Source of the DNA: Mayamaea pseudoterrestris
Taxonomy: Eukaryota
Assembly (NCBI GenBank): GCA_027923505.1
Contig: BROI01000011.1
Span: forward strand, 62,001-126,000
Direction: 5' to 3'
DNA length: 64,000 bases
Shown piece after piece: positions 1 through 12,400 of this stretch (position 1 is its first letter; each line of letters opens with the position of its first letter). The notes under the pieces were generated by a model. It searched no databases, was not told where the DNA came from, and saw nothing but the letters and a program-made list of their open reading frames with translations. The position numbers and the translations under genes were made by a program.

Positions 1-1
1 C

Positions 2-1132
2 ACCAAGACGCCGCCTCCTACTTCGTCCTCCTCGTCGTCGTCCAAAAAGAGTCGCCAGCGCCTTGAGAAACTTGGAATTGATCAAAGCAAGCAGGTTCCA
101 GTAGCGCAGTGGGTCATTTTGCTCTTACTCATGGCCTATGGCGCTTGGAAGCTGTATGCGAGCAAGCAGCAACATGCTGCTGCTGCTAACAAAAAGACTG
201 CCACGAATCGCAGCGTTACGAGCAAGGTTAAGACTGGTAATTCCAAGAGTAAGCAGCAGCAAGCCAAGGGCAAGAATGGCGCGCCCAAGCACGAAACTGC
301 CAAGAAGACTCCAAAGGCTGCCACCGAAACCACTGGAACCAAGAAGAAGAAACCAAAGACCAAGCCAAGCAAGCCGGCGGTCACCTTCAAGCAGGATTCC
401 GAGGAGGAATCCGATTCCGACTCGTCGTCATCCTCGAGCGACCGCGCCAAGCCGGCCGTCAAGCCAAAGGCTCCTGTTACCATGCAAAAGGCCAAGAGCG
501 CTCCCGCTCCAGTTCAACAAGCTGTGCTTGAAAATGACATTGTGGAGGATGGCTGGCAGACAGTCAAGGGAGGCAATGGCGTTGCAAACGACAAGAAGCC
601 AAAGGCAAACAAGCTCAATGGCAGCGTCAACACTCCGAGCGCAACGCAAGAGTCGGTAGCTGACGCGCCACCTTCTGTAGCTGTTCCGGCTACAGTGGCA
701 ATGTCGGATGCGGCAGTTGTCAACGCCAATCCGAGCAATGGAGTCGCTACTTCCGAGCCTGCTGCGATTCCACAGGAGGTTGGCTTTGTCGCCGCTCCAA
801 CGTCATCCAAGAACAAGAAGAAGAAGAAAAAGAGGTTGACGAGTGATGCGGGATCGACGATTAGCAATTTGTCCGCCTCGTCGTCAACGGCATCCCCCAA
901 CACGGAGGCGGATGCAGCCTTGGCGGCTCGTTTGCAGGAGGCGGAAAACAATTTTGACGCGCCAGCCGAGGAGGACGATTGGGCCCAGGTTAGCAAGAGG
1001 TCCAAGCCAAAGCGAGAAAAGGCCAAGGAAAGCGAAGCGGCGGCTGCAGTTGCAGCCGAAGGCGACGTTGACGTTGCTGCAAGCGTTGCCGCCATTGAGG
1101 CAGAGGGAGGTGAGACGCAAGAGGAGGAATAA
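2..1132 (+). CDS. Hypothetical membrane-anchored Lys/Ser/acidic low-complexity protein (5' partial)
   Basis: The frame of ORF 119..1132 stays open back to the window edge. It has a hydrophobic segment (VAQWVILLLLMAYGAW), then Lys-rich disordered sequence, two W-x-x-V motifs (GWQTV, DWAQV) and a DAALAARLQ motif. An AT-rich 3' region follows the stop. Confidence 0.7.
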   Translation, partial: TKTPPPTSSSSSSSKKSRQRLEKLGIDQSKQVPVAQWVILLLLMAYGAWKLYASKQQHAAAANKKTATNRSVTSKVKTGNSKSKQQQAKGKNGAPKHETAKKTPKAATETTGTKKKKPKTKPSKPAVTFKQDSEEESDSDSSSSSSDRAKPAVKPKAPVTMQKAKSAPAPVQQAVLENDIVEDGWQTVKGGNGVANDKKPKANKLNGSVNTPSATQESVADAPPSVAVPATVAMSDAAVVNANPSNGVATSEPAAIPQEVGFVAAPTSSKNKKKKKKRLTSDAGSTISNLSASSSTASPNTEADAALAARLQEAENNFDAPAEEDDWAQVSKRSKPKREKAKESEAAAAVAAEGDVDVAASVAAIEAEGGETQEEE

Positions 1133-1350
1133 TTGAGTTCAATTTGTCGACTACTCTACGACGGACATGATAGTATAGTTGCAGCATCAAGATGATCTTG
1201 ACGCTTTAGTTGTTATAAATTGATAATACTTATTTTGTGTTACATTTCGTGAATTAAATTTTGTGCAGAACAAGGGCGAGTCGTCATGTCGAGTCGCTCG
1301 TTTCGTTGGGAACGGCTGCGCAAGTGCCACTTACAACCTGTTCATCTGCA

Positions 1351-2454
1351 TCATTGATCGTTGGAAACTGCTGCGCTATTGTCACTGACAACCTGTTCAT
1401 CGGCATCATTAAGTTGTTGTATACCAAGGCAAACTTTTGCTAAAGATAGAAAGGCCTGCGAATACGTGAATTCGCCTCGTCTCGGCTCAAGAATAACTCC
1501 GCGTTGCTGCAGCTTCTCCATTAGCTCGTCGGCACTTAAACGCTTCCAGTCCATCAGCTCCTTTTCGTATTGCAGTCGCTCGTCGGTATTGCGTCGTCGG
1601 TTGAGTAGCAGCTGCTTGGCCGCATGCTTGGTTTCCGCTTCGATTCGTCCAAACAGTCGGCCTCGTTCAAACGCTCGCGCCGTTCCATTCTGTGATTCCT
1701 GCAAGCACTTTGATATGATGCGCTGCTTGACGATGCGACGAACATCGCGCAAGACTTGGTGAATGTCATGATGTGTATTTCTCCATGCTCGTGGATCCTC
1801 AATGATGAAAAGTGGAATGTCTTGCTCGTCACATAACTTCTGCAACAGCCGCATCGCCTTTGGGACTGCCTGCAAAGCCGCACCATTGGCAATGACTGCG
1901 TGCGGCTTGTTCGCGTCAACAAGACGACTACCAATTGATGCTGCCGTGGCGTTTGTAAAGACACTCATCCATCCTTCGCTGCTACCACGAGACGCAGGGT
2001 ATTCCGCTTGATAGGTGCGGCCATAAAACCAACGATTCCACCACCTTGCTGGCTGCAAGGTTGCATCAAATGAGACACGGCCCGATAGGCGCAGTTCCAA
2101 TTCCTCCATCCAAGCGTATTGGTTCCATGGTGCGACAAGCTCCTGTTCGACGACTGAAAGACTGCTACTCTCCTTGTTGTTCACGGCAAGCATTGCCGCG
2201 TCCTCGTCGCTCGTCTTTTGTATTTGCTGGCGCTTCCGGTCGGCAAGCTCCTTGCTTGCCACCCGCCCAAGTTTGGAGCGAATGCTCTTCGAGGACGAAA
2301 TTGTAGCAACTGTTTTTTGATTGTTTGGATTCAGAGCTTGCACATCAGCCTGCAATACTTGAACACCAGGCGGGCGATCATCACTACTGCTCGCAGCGGT
2401 TCGACATTCCAAAAGACTAGTCACCCAAGCCTTTTGCTCCACTGACAGGCGCAC

Positions 2455-2485
<31 letters not shown>

Positions 2486-2955
2486 GGCGCGGTGATTGCA
2501 TTGGAATCAAGCGCCAGGGTCACTTGCTTGTCGGGCGCAACGCCATGTGGATAGACTCTGTCAAGCGCCATCTGACAAGAACCTCCCTTGAAACCGCCCG
2601 ACAAATCGACATTGACAGCAACAATACGTAGCGACGAATCCTGCAGTAGACTTGCTTGCACTTTTTGCTGCTGATTTTTGGAGTTTGGTTTCAATGATAA
2701 TGCGCTAGAGCGAAGGTACGGTTTGCTCGCCAATTTGTTCATGAAATCAATCTCAATCTGATACTCCAGTGAGTCCTTCGTATTGCTTCGCATATCATTA
2801 TCTTCCATGGACGTGTACGATGCGTGAGCTGCTGCTAGCAAGAGGAGCGATGACGCTGTCAAGGCCGTCACGCTTGAAAGAACAAACGGCGATTTGCTGC
2901 TCCACGTCTGCTGTGCATGTCGGCGCATGTACTGCAAGGGTTGAGCCGAGAGCAT
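1351..2955 (-). CDS. Hypothetical protein with poly-Gln tract, possibly organelle-targeted
   Basis: Long ORF 1351..2994; first ATG (MLSAQPLQ) at 2955; no family recognised. Confidence 0.7.
2456..2485. repeat. (TGC)10 microsatellite encoding poly-Gln on the minus strand
   Basis: Perfect trinucleotide run read directly from the sequence. Confidence 0.95.
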
Positions 2956-3307
2956 GATTTCAAGTAAGAGGAGTATCGAGAATGCAAAGTTCACTGTTGC
3001 AAGCGATCGCTGAAATGGCCTCGGGTAGTGAGAGAGTCACACCATGTTCGTTGCCAAGGTTGATGTCTCGGTGTCTCGCCAGTTTCGTCGTATCAGAACC
3101 GGTACGATTTTTTTCATAACCGCTCCGACAAATAAACTCTGCTACGTCATCAAGTTTGTCCACTGGCGTTCGTAAAAACCTATTTGGTGTGATTAGATGG
3201 TAACTCTTCGAACGCCACTAAGTGCCGATCTTTCGCTTCAACGAGCGCCGCTCGGCGGTTCGTGGCCATGCCGCTCCTCGCGCTGCAATACCCACACGAG
3301 AATCACC

Positions 3308-4047
3308 ATGAAGGTTGCAACTGCTTGTCTCGTTTCCATTGCGTCCGCTTCGGCGTTCGTGCAACGACCCAGTACCTTTGGAGTTGCTTGTGAGTAATAG
3401 AAAAGAGAGGTTTAAAAATAATTTCTCGTGATGCCCTTGACAAAGAGGAGAGTCTCTTGACGTGTCAACAGCTGCTGCAACTTTTGCAAACAATACAATG
3501 AATGCGAGAAAAATCGTCTCTTATTACACGTCGTTATAATTACTTTGATCCATGTCGTCACTAAATTACTTCTCCTCGTCACGTCATTATCACAGCATCA
3601 GCACTATCCATGGCTGACAAGGAGGAGTACGACTTGAAGTTTGGATCAAAGAACTTGTATATCCCAGCCAAGTTTGGCGATGGCGGCCAGGGACAATTCG
3701 GTGCCCGCAGTCCCAACGACTGGCGCGTTCCAGGCACCAGTCCGGTCGGCCAAGCAAGTTACGCTGGTGCGGCGGACGGTGGCGATGAGCCATGGTTTTC
3801 CGAAGCAATCTCCACCGTGTCGCTCGACTTGAAGCAAGCAGAGTCTGCGCTAAAGGCATTCACCAAGGACGCTGCCAACTTTAAAATGTCCGAATTCGCC
3901 AAGGAAAATAACCTTGACGACAAGGACGGCGCCATGAAGAAGCTTGTGGATTCCATGGGATACGACAAATTTTTGGAAGCCACGTCCAAGCAACTTGCCA
4001 AGGAATGGGAGAAGCTTTCCGGAAAGACTGAAAAGGCTGAGAAATAA
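3308..4047 (+). CDS. Small plastid-targeted protein of unknown function (exons 3308-3389 and 3596-4047)
   Basis: Exon 1 reads MKVATACLVSIASASAFVQRP (signal peptide plus ASAF motif). A GTGAGT donor at 3390 and CACAG acceptor ending 3595 splice it in frame to ORF 3610..4047. Confidence 0.85.
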
Positions 4048-4595
4048 ATGCTAAACTATATTATTTGACATAGCGTTAGTAGTAACACCCTCAATCGATT
4101 CAGTGTGCGCGTTTGGACGACCAACGGGCAGCGAGGTGCAGCATGGGAGCATTCATGACTAAAACGTCGGCTATTAGTTGTTAGTTTGACTTTAGTTGAC
4201 GAGTACCAAAGTTGTATGCTCTGCATACCCTGCTGCAATGCATTAGATAAGTTGTCAGAGCAATAGCTGCAAGCAAAAGGAGTGGAAATAACGCGGTAGC
4301 TTCAATGAGTACCGTAGCGACGTGAATCTCCGCACCGCACGCAAAAGCTGCCCGACCATGACGATTGGAAATACGCGACAAGGAAACGCTCGTCACAGCA
4401 GGCAGTCACATTGGAAGGAATTACTCATATCAATTCATTTAAGCCGAGTGTTTTTACGCCTCTACAGTGAGGTACGGTAAACGCAGCAGCGGCTTTGAAG
4501 CTTCAAATTAAACTGAAAATCTTTCCAAGTCAACGGCTACAATCTACGTTCAACAAACAGTCACTTGATTTGACTCCATTGCATCAATCAGCATC

Positions 4596-4687
4596 ATGCC
4601 CTGGTTTTGGAGCAAGCAAAATGACGATGAGTATGACACCGAGTCTGACTATGAAGACGATGAGGATGAGGATGACTATACCGGAAG

Positions 4688-4718
<31 letters not shown>

Positions 4719-7118
4719 AAGGGCAAGGAAACCATTGGCGAGACTATAATAAGTAACGAAACAGCAGACGCTGCAGCAGCAGAAGGAGCTACAGAAGAAG
4801 TTACAAACTCAAGCAAAGAGAAGAAAGTCAATAACAATTCACTCGACGCGGATTCCTACCACTATCCAACCGCATTAGGTAATGGCACGTCGCCGACTGC
4901 TTCATCATCGAGGCGACACCCTTTGGACGCTTCGACGACACTTTCGCAGGCCGAGAGTCACGACGAGTCCACCATACTGGATGACGCTTTTTCGTCGTCG
5001 AGCGATCAAGACGATGAGAGTGCTAGCAGCAGTAATAGCAGCGACAATGCACCGGACGAGGACATTGCTTCCGGTCGCATTCCCGGAGCCGTCACGCTGC
5101 CCAAGCAGTTGCATGATAATGATGCTCATGCAGTCACTGCTGGCTCTCTTTCGAATATCGTCACTCCAATCAAACAGGAGCACAAGCTTCGACGACGCGT
5201 CGATAGTGCCGTTTCGTCGCTGCATGATGATGACGACGATAAGAGCACCAGCAGTTCGAACGACGACTTGAACATTGACTTGGAGGAGCGCTTGCTAGCG
5301 GCTGAGACTATTGAACGGAATGAACCACCAGATGACAATGATGATCAATCAGCGGACAATGAAGACGACGACGACAAGAATGGCATGGACCAAACCTCAC
5401 TCACGGAGAAGCGATCGCTGCTGCTCCTCGCCGCCGAGCATGACCGGGTCGACATTCTACAGGCCATATTAGGAGCTTCCGATGCAGCAACATCTAGCAA
5501 CTTGCTGAATCCTCTCGATGGTGTTCCGCCGCTGCATTTGGCCGTTTCGTACGGATCAGTCAATGCCACCAATTGCTTACTGCGCATGGGAGCCAATCCA
5601 AGCATTCGGCCGAACAACTTGTCGGAGAATAAGGGAAATGCAGCTACACTGGGCAAGAACATGCAGCGCTTCGACGGATTGTCGGCGTGGGAAGTGGTCT
5701 TTGGCGTCACGACGAATGTCAAGAATGGGTCCAATAGTGAAACTCACGGCAAACTCAACGACGCTGACAAGATGAGCACCACTTCATCGGCCCGTCGCCG
5801 CAACAAGAATGTTCCCATTGTATCACTTGCTCCATCCAAACAGGAAGGCGTGCGGCATGCGTTCACGGCCGAAGCGTTGCGATGCATTGGATCGGACGAA
5901 ATACATCGGCTAGAGCAATTGTTGCAGTCGGGCATGCCTCCATCGATTGACATTGGCGGCAAGAGCTTGTGCGATTGGTCCGTCACAATGGAAGCGGTGA
6001 AATGCGAAACATTACTGACGCAGCAGCAGTTGTTGGAGTCAGATGATGCGCAGCAGCAGCAACTTGAAAAAGCAAATAATGAAGAGGCGGTGTCGAATGG
6101 GCACACGACAAGCAATACGCAGCAACAGAAATATTATGAACCTCGCATACTTGACCGCGACCAGGAGCATGACTCGCTGGCGCAACTCGCCAACCGTCTC
6201 GATGAACTCGACTCACTTGGTCAGGCACTGTCCATTAGCTTGGACGGCTTGGCCGAGGAGGTTAGTGTTTGTAACGGCTTGCTGCTCATGGGTGGAGGTG
6301 CGTCAGCGTTGGCCGCTCACGTACGCAGCTTGAAGGACGGCAAGGAACGCAAAATGGCGGAACTGATGCGACTGCAGGAAGCGTACGAAAATAGTCAGGA
6401 TGAGCTTGCCTATTGGGTGCAGCAGGGTGGGCCAGATGCTGTCAAGGTTTCGCAAACCATGACATTGCCGCCGCCAATACAGTCGCGAAGGAACCTGATA
6501 CGATCAATTGCCAAGGACGACGAGGTAGCGGAACGAAAGCAAATGAAAGCCCAAGTGGCTGCCAGTGACCACAAGATCTGCAAGCTTCGAGCTTCCATCA
6601 CTGACCTTTCGGAAGTGCTTGCGCGTGAACTGGCCGAGGTGGAAAAGCGCGGACTTGATGGCGGCATTACTTTGGTCCGTGGCTTGCGCGAAGAGATTCG
6701 AGAGATCGAATTTGCCTTGTCGGAAGTGTCCAACGCCGAAGCAACTTGTCGGACCAAGATTAACTTGATCCAGTCCATAATTAGTTCTGCTGCTGTTAGT
6801 CCCAAGAGCAAGGAGCAGGGTGCTAGCTCGTCGGATAACAGTCGAGGACCCGATTCGAACAGTTTCTCCCAACAAGACGGAACAAGTCACGCTGAGCCAA
6901 CATTCGCCGACGCGCCAACAAGTAGCAACAGTGACAATGCTGCATCCTCATTGCCAGAGTCGCAAGCCATTGCTAGTGGTCATTCCACCGCCTTGACGAT
7001 TCGCCATGAAGGCCACCAAGGCTTGTTTCCGTTTTCACTATGGGAAATTATCAAGCGAATCATTGGTTTCATTGATGAGCCACGACGAGCCACCTCTCAA
7101 CCCATCTTGGTGGTTTGA
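4596..7118 (+). CDS. Ankyrin-repeat and coiled-coil protein with acidic N-terminus
   Basis: 840-aa ORF; ankyrin motifs LLLLAAEHDRVDIL and GVPPLHLAVSYGSVNATNCLLRMGANP; heptad-rich C-terminal half. Confidence 0.85.
4691..4718. repeat. (CGA)9 microsatellite encoding poly-Asp
   Basis: Perfect trinucleotide run read directly from the sequence. Confidence 0.9.
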
Positions 7119-7290
7119 GAGCTGTGCACGCGTGGAGTCGACTGATGATGAATGATACGGCAATATGCGACAAACTCTTACAAGTTGCAGCATGCGTCGT
7201 GTAACTTGTTTGTCTATATTAAATTAAAACTTTCTATCATTTGCTTGTACTTTACTTTCAAGCTCCATCAACCAACCAAGCTATTATCAA

Positions 7291-7767
7291 TTACCACTCA
7301 TGCTCATCGTCGCTATCCACCAAGAGACGAACGCGAATCGATGCAACCGGAGCGTCGTCACCATGGCGCCTTTGTCGCCACGGCTTGCCAAGAAAACTGC
7401 AAAAGGCTCGAACGGCTTTGGAAATGATGCAAGTGGTGGGTACAATGGATAATCCGTCGTCAAAGTCTTGTAGGTCCATCCACAGTTCATTGCTTTCATC
7501 TAGTGGATTCGGAATGACAATGGACAACTTGCATCCATCAGCAGGAACGTGGCCAGACTGCAATGAAACGGCCATTTGGAGCATGCTGATTCGCTCCTGT
7601 ATGTTTGGTCGTTTCGCCGGTGGATCGGGATGTTTGCTGCGACGACGACGAAGCCGCATCAAGTGCTGCATGAGGCTCGCTTCATCCTGCTGCTCAGCCA
7701 TCAATCTCTTCTTTTTCTTCTTTTCCTCCTTTGCTGCTCTGAATCGCTTCATAGTCAAGAGACCCAT
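7291..7767 (-). CDS. Small basic hypothetical protein
   Basis: 158-aa ATG-initiated ORF lying between two plus-strand genes, with Lys/Arg clusters. No family recognised; the 5' end is uncertain. Confidence 0.45.
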   Translation of the reverse strand: MGLLTMKRFRAAKEEKKKKKRLMAEQQDEASLMQHLMRLRRRRSKHPDPPAKRPNIQERISMLQMAVSLQSGHVPADGCKLSIVIPNPLDESNELWMDLQDFDDGLSIVPTTCIISKAVRAFCSFLGKPWRQRRHGDDAPVASIRVRLLVDSDDEHEW

Positions 7768-8077
7768 GCTTATATACTTTATCTATCACCAGCAAGCAAG
7801 GTCTCCTCTTGTCGTAGCAGTGAACGTCCTTCATGGTGAGGGTTGTGGCGCATCATGGTCTTGTCCGTTTCTTCGCACGCGCACCCATTGTTTGGCGAGG
7901 GTGGTGAATGTCGTAGTGGTTATGTCACGCATCTTAGCGGTACTTGATGCGACACGCTCCGAGAGCCAACCATGCATCATCGCCGGCATTGCATTTCAAA
8001 ATTCTTTCGCAGCTCCTCGCCTGATTTACCTCCTTTCTTTCGTCACCAACTGCTATATATACTACTACTCTTAAACA

Positions 8078-9406
8078 ATGCCAAAGAGAGGAAACAAGCG
8101 CCGCAAGAAGCGTACGCATGTCAATGACAATGTGAATGAAGCCGGTCAATCCGCGCTTGCCACCAAGGACGACAAGATTCCGCGCAGTCTCATTATGCGT
8201 CGCGGACGCACGGCGGCGGAAGTGGCGGAACTCGTGGACGATTTGCGGCATTTGATGCTTCCCTATACGGCGCTGCAGTTTCAGGAAGATCCCAAGAATC
8301 GGAAATTGAGTCTCGCGCAGTATGCCACGGCGTTTGCACTGCCCATGGGAGTGAGTCACTTGATGAGCTTTTCGCAAAATGAGGATCGACTGAACCTGAG
8401 ACTGGCGAGGACACCGGATGGACCGACACTGAGCTTTCGTGTACACAAGTTTAGTCTTAATCGGCATATCAAGAGTCTGCAAAAGAGACCCGTGTCCTAT
8501 ACAGCCGCGCTGCAAGCGAATCCTCCCATTGTGGTGACGAACAATTTTGGAAACGATGCTGCCGCCAACGCTCCCGTCGCTCCACATGTGAAACTACTGC
8601 GAGTCACGTTTCAGAATCTGTTTCCAGCCATTAACGTTGCCACCGTCAAGCTCGTCGAGTGTCGGCGCGTCGTACTGTTTGACTACGTTGACGTTCCCGA
8701 CGAACATGACGCGACCAAAACCATTCGCATGGTGGAAATGCGACACTATGCCGTCAAGGCCACTCCCGTTGGCGTCAACAAGCGAGTACGACGACTGGTG
8801 ACATCCACGAAAAAGCTGCCAAACTTGAACAAGTGCTCCGACGTTTCCGACTTTATCGCAGGCACGTCTGGTTTCGTGTCGGACGCGCCCAGTGACTCGG
8901 AACCGGAGGATGGAGCACAGCAGCATGTGACACTACCGGATCGCTACGTGGGCAAGGGGAACAACAAGGCGCAAAAGAGTGCGTTAAAGCTGGTGGAGAT
9001 TGGGCCGCGCTTGACCATGGAACTCATTAAGGTGGAAAAGGGACTTGGCGGTGGCGACGTTTTGTATCATGCGTTGGTGCACAAGACTCCGGAGCAGGCC
9101 ATGGAGATTAAGAATAAAAAGCATCAAGAAATTCACTTGAAGGAGGAGCGCAAGGCTATTCAGCAGCGCAACGTTGATCGCAAGCGCAAGGCACTGGAAG
9201 AAAAGATGGCCGTCAAGAAGCAACGCAAACTGGCCAAGGAGGAGGAGCGCATGGAGCGACTGCGCAATGGTACAAGTGGTGGAGACGATGGAATTGATGA
9301 TGTTGAAGACAAAAATGGGTCTGCCAGTGGTAGTGGGGACGATGAGAGTGATGCTAACAGCGGCAGTGAAGATTCCGCCAGCGACGAGGAAGTGCCGTTG
9401 AACTAA
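8078..9406 (+). CDS. PPAN: Brix-domain ribosome biogenesis protein (Peter Pan/Ssf1 family)
   Basis: N-terminal KRRKKRTH; LMLPYTA, GVSHL, GPTLSFRV, TFQNLFPAINV, RRVVLF, EMRHY and LVEIGPRLTMELIKVEKGL match the Ssf1/PPAN Brix motifs. Confidence 0.93.
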   Translation: MPKRGNKRRKKRTHVNDNVNEAGQSALATKDDKIPRSLIMRRGRTAAEVAELVDDLRHLMLPYTALQFQEDPKNRKLSLAQYATAFALPMGVSHLMSFSQNEDRLNLRLARTPDGPTLSFRVHKFSLNRHIKSLQKRPVSYTAALQANPPIVVTNNFGNDAAANAPVAPHVKLLRVTFQNLFPAINVATVKLVECRRVVLFDYVDVPDEHDATKTIRMVEMRHYAVKATPVGVNKRVRRLVTSTKKLPNLNKCSDVSDFIAGTSGFVSDAPSDSEPEDGAQQHVTLPDRYVGKGNNKAQKSALKLVEIGPRLTMELIKVEKGLGGGDVLYHALVHKTPEQAMEIKNKKHQEIHLKEERKAIQQRNVDRKRKALEEKMAVKKQRKLAKEEERMERLRNGTSGGDDGIDDVEDKNGSASGSGDDESDANSGSEDSASDEEVPLN

Positions 9407-9498
9407 AAGAGTACCATGTAGTACTGCTGTTCCATCGGTGCGTGCTTAAAAATGCAAAGAATAATAAAATTTACCGCCAAAAATGCGCCGAAAGGCTT

Positions 9499-12400
9499 CT
9501 AGCTGATTATGCAATCAGACTCGTTCGGTTTCCGCCCAGCGCTACTACGTTGACGTTCTTGAATCGTTGCCAATTCATCGCCTTGTGTACACATACGGCC
9601 GTCGATTTGGCCCGCCTGAGATTGCGAAAACGTTTCGGCTTCCTGTGCTTGCCTTTGCATGTTAACCCCTTTCGACGAATTGCTACCGCTACTCTTGGTC
9701 GGACCGAGCGAGAGTGCGGCAGAAGTGACACCGCCAATCACAGCACCAGTAGCCGTCGCGACTCCTTGCGCGGCCGATGTCACTGCACCAGCTCCTTCGT
9801 GGGCGGCGCCTCGAACAATAGCCGTTGTGCCAGTCACAAGCTGCTCTCCCGTATTTTGCACGCCGAAAACTACGCCGCGCGTATCGTCGCGAACGTCGTC
9901 TATCAAACGTGCCGCCACCGTCTTGGAACCTTCCTCCAGCTCCTCTTTTCGGTAATCTAGCGCCTGTAACGCAGCGTATATGCGTGCTTCTTGAAGCACG
10001 CGATGCTTTTTCAGCCATGGCATAAAGGCCTGCACAAAGACTTGTCGCCACGCAGCTCCAGCTGGATTAACAAACGACTTGGACTTGATCCGCATCAAGC
10101 ACATTTGCGTAATGCGCTCTATGTAGGGATGTCTATGAGCCTCATGAACCAGCAGCTCCTTGACAAAGTGGATTGGAACTGCGTCAAATGCATAACCGCC
10201 AACGTGAACATTCGGCGAAAGATACGGCACGTCAATCCGACCAACCCAGAATACAGCTGCCAAGAGAAATTGAGTAATGCGTCCAATCAAGACACTCGCA
10301 CCCAATCCAATGAACCAGCATTCGAGCGCCAATGTGCCAATGTTGTAGGATCGAGGATGAGTCCGATAGAAGCCACGAAAGCTCCGACGACAAGTTTTTG
10401 TCAGTAGCGTTTTGAATAAAATAGTGATCGTGAGTCCCAGACCCCATCCGAGAACTCTCAGCATGAACGTCTGACTAAATTCCCATATGAAAAGAAAAAT
10501 AAATAAGGCCACGAGGGCCCAAAACAAGATGGCAGCTCCAACTAGACCGTAAATTGCGTTTCCAGTGTTCATGTGCGTCTGTAGTTGCGAAGAAAGAGAG
10601 AGGCGTGAGCATGAAGTGACTGTTGTAGCACACACGCATCCTATTAGGAACAACGTACCGTATCAATTGCCGTCCTATACAATCGAAAGTACGGCGAGCC
10701 AAGACTAGCAAGCTGGCCAGTTCGAAACTTCATGATTGTCGAACATGCGCTAGGAATATAGAGCGCAACTAGAAGGACTATGACGACTATCACGACAAAG
10801 TCCGCTGGATAGAATGCTGTCTCAATGTTCTGCCTCGTAGGAATTAGTCTGTTCGATACAAGAGTCAAGATGTGGATGGCGTGAGCAACAGGTATGACGC
10901 TGGCATCAGCAGGTGAGTTCACACAAATCTTCACCAGACTTACTGCATTACCCAGTCTGGCGTTTCAGGCGCTAGCTCAATTCGCTTGTCCTCGCAATAT
11001 TGTGCCAGTCTCTCAGTGAACGTGAATGATCCAAACCTTCAAGTAAGAGAACAAAAGGTGAGCATAGCCGAGCAGCCATAGTCGTCACGGTTTTCACACG
11101 CAATGACATACCCAAGTAAAATGCCAAGTACAACCTGCGCCGTCTGGAAGACAAGGATTCTTGTTGGAATCCATAGCCCTTCCGTATCGAACAACTGTCG
11201 CGAGTAGATTTTCTTGGCCGTCCAGAGAAATCCACCCGCAGGCTCATCGCCACAGCCCCGCAATACGAAATTGAGCATGGTCTTGTCCAAACTGGCTTGT
11301 CGCACACTCAGTTGTGCAGTGGACATGGAAATACGTATGTTAAATTTAGATTCCGATGCATGGAGGAACATTGCGTTCTGCAGTGTTCTGTTGAGCTTTC
11401 GTGATGCTGCCTGTTTCAAACGAAACTCGCCGATGGTATTCGACGTGGACGTCAAGGTTCGCAGAAACAATGGAGCATCGTCTGGACATTGGATCAGACT
11501 CATACAAAACTGAAAACAAAAACCAACCACAAGTATAGCACCGGCGACAAACGTCGTCCGCTGGAGATGCTGCCAGAATGCAACGTCAACCAACTCTTCC
11601 GCCGCATTGTATGGAGTGGTTCGTCCTTGCTTAAAGCGAGTCACAACAAGTGGCGGCACGACAAGATACACCACCGTAAGCAGTACAATAACAACCAACC
11701 GTCCCGGCTTCCGTCCGCGCGCCGCATTCCCAAGTGATAGCGGGCCCATGATAACTAATCCAAACAGTGTCGCACAGACAGCAAAGGCGAACCATTGCCA
11801 TAGCACTTTGGCAAAGATGCAGCCAAAGCTGTCAACGTCCGCCGACCCATACTTTTCACACGGAACCGCCACCAAGGTTCGTGCAAGCGCAATGTATGAG
11901 AGCGTCATGAGAATGTAAAACACCCAAATCATGATTACCATGTGAATGGAGGAGTGTGCATCAACGACGTAGTCAATGCCCGTGTGGTCAACCATTGGAA
12001 TATTTTTGTCGCTTTCGCTACTTGCTTTGAAAGTATTTGCAGCGTCAGAATCATGGCTCAATGGGATTGACTCGACGGCGTCACTACTAATCTTCTGCTG
12101 CTCTTCGTCAAAGGCCTCGCCTTGCGTGTTGGCAAGTCTACTCTTCGTCTTTTGTGGATTGTCGTCAATTACCTTCGCAACATTTAGTCCATCGATGCCT
12201 TTGCTGCCTTGAGCATCGCCATAGGTATTCGGAATATAATCCTCTTGCTCAAATACATCGTAAAACAGCGTCGTCAATCGATGCTCATGTCCAACTTGCC
12301 ATTCCTGAATGTCGCTCGTCAAGGCCTGCAGCAGTGCCTCCTCGTCGAATCGTCCCGAGTCGGTCGTTGCAGCCTGCACCATGCTCTGCAAAAGCGTTAC

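Noticed and set aside
7241..8074. 277-aa plus-strand ORF
   Set aside because: Non-ATG start, antisense to a more protein-like ORF, atypical composition and no motifs.
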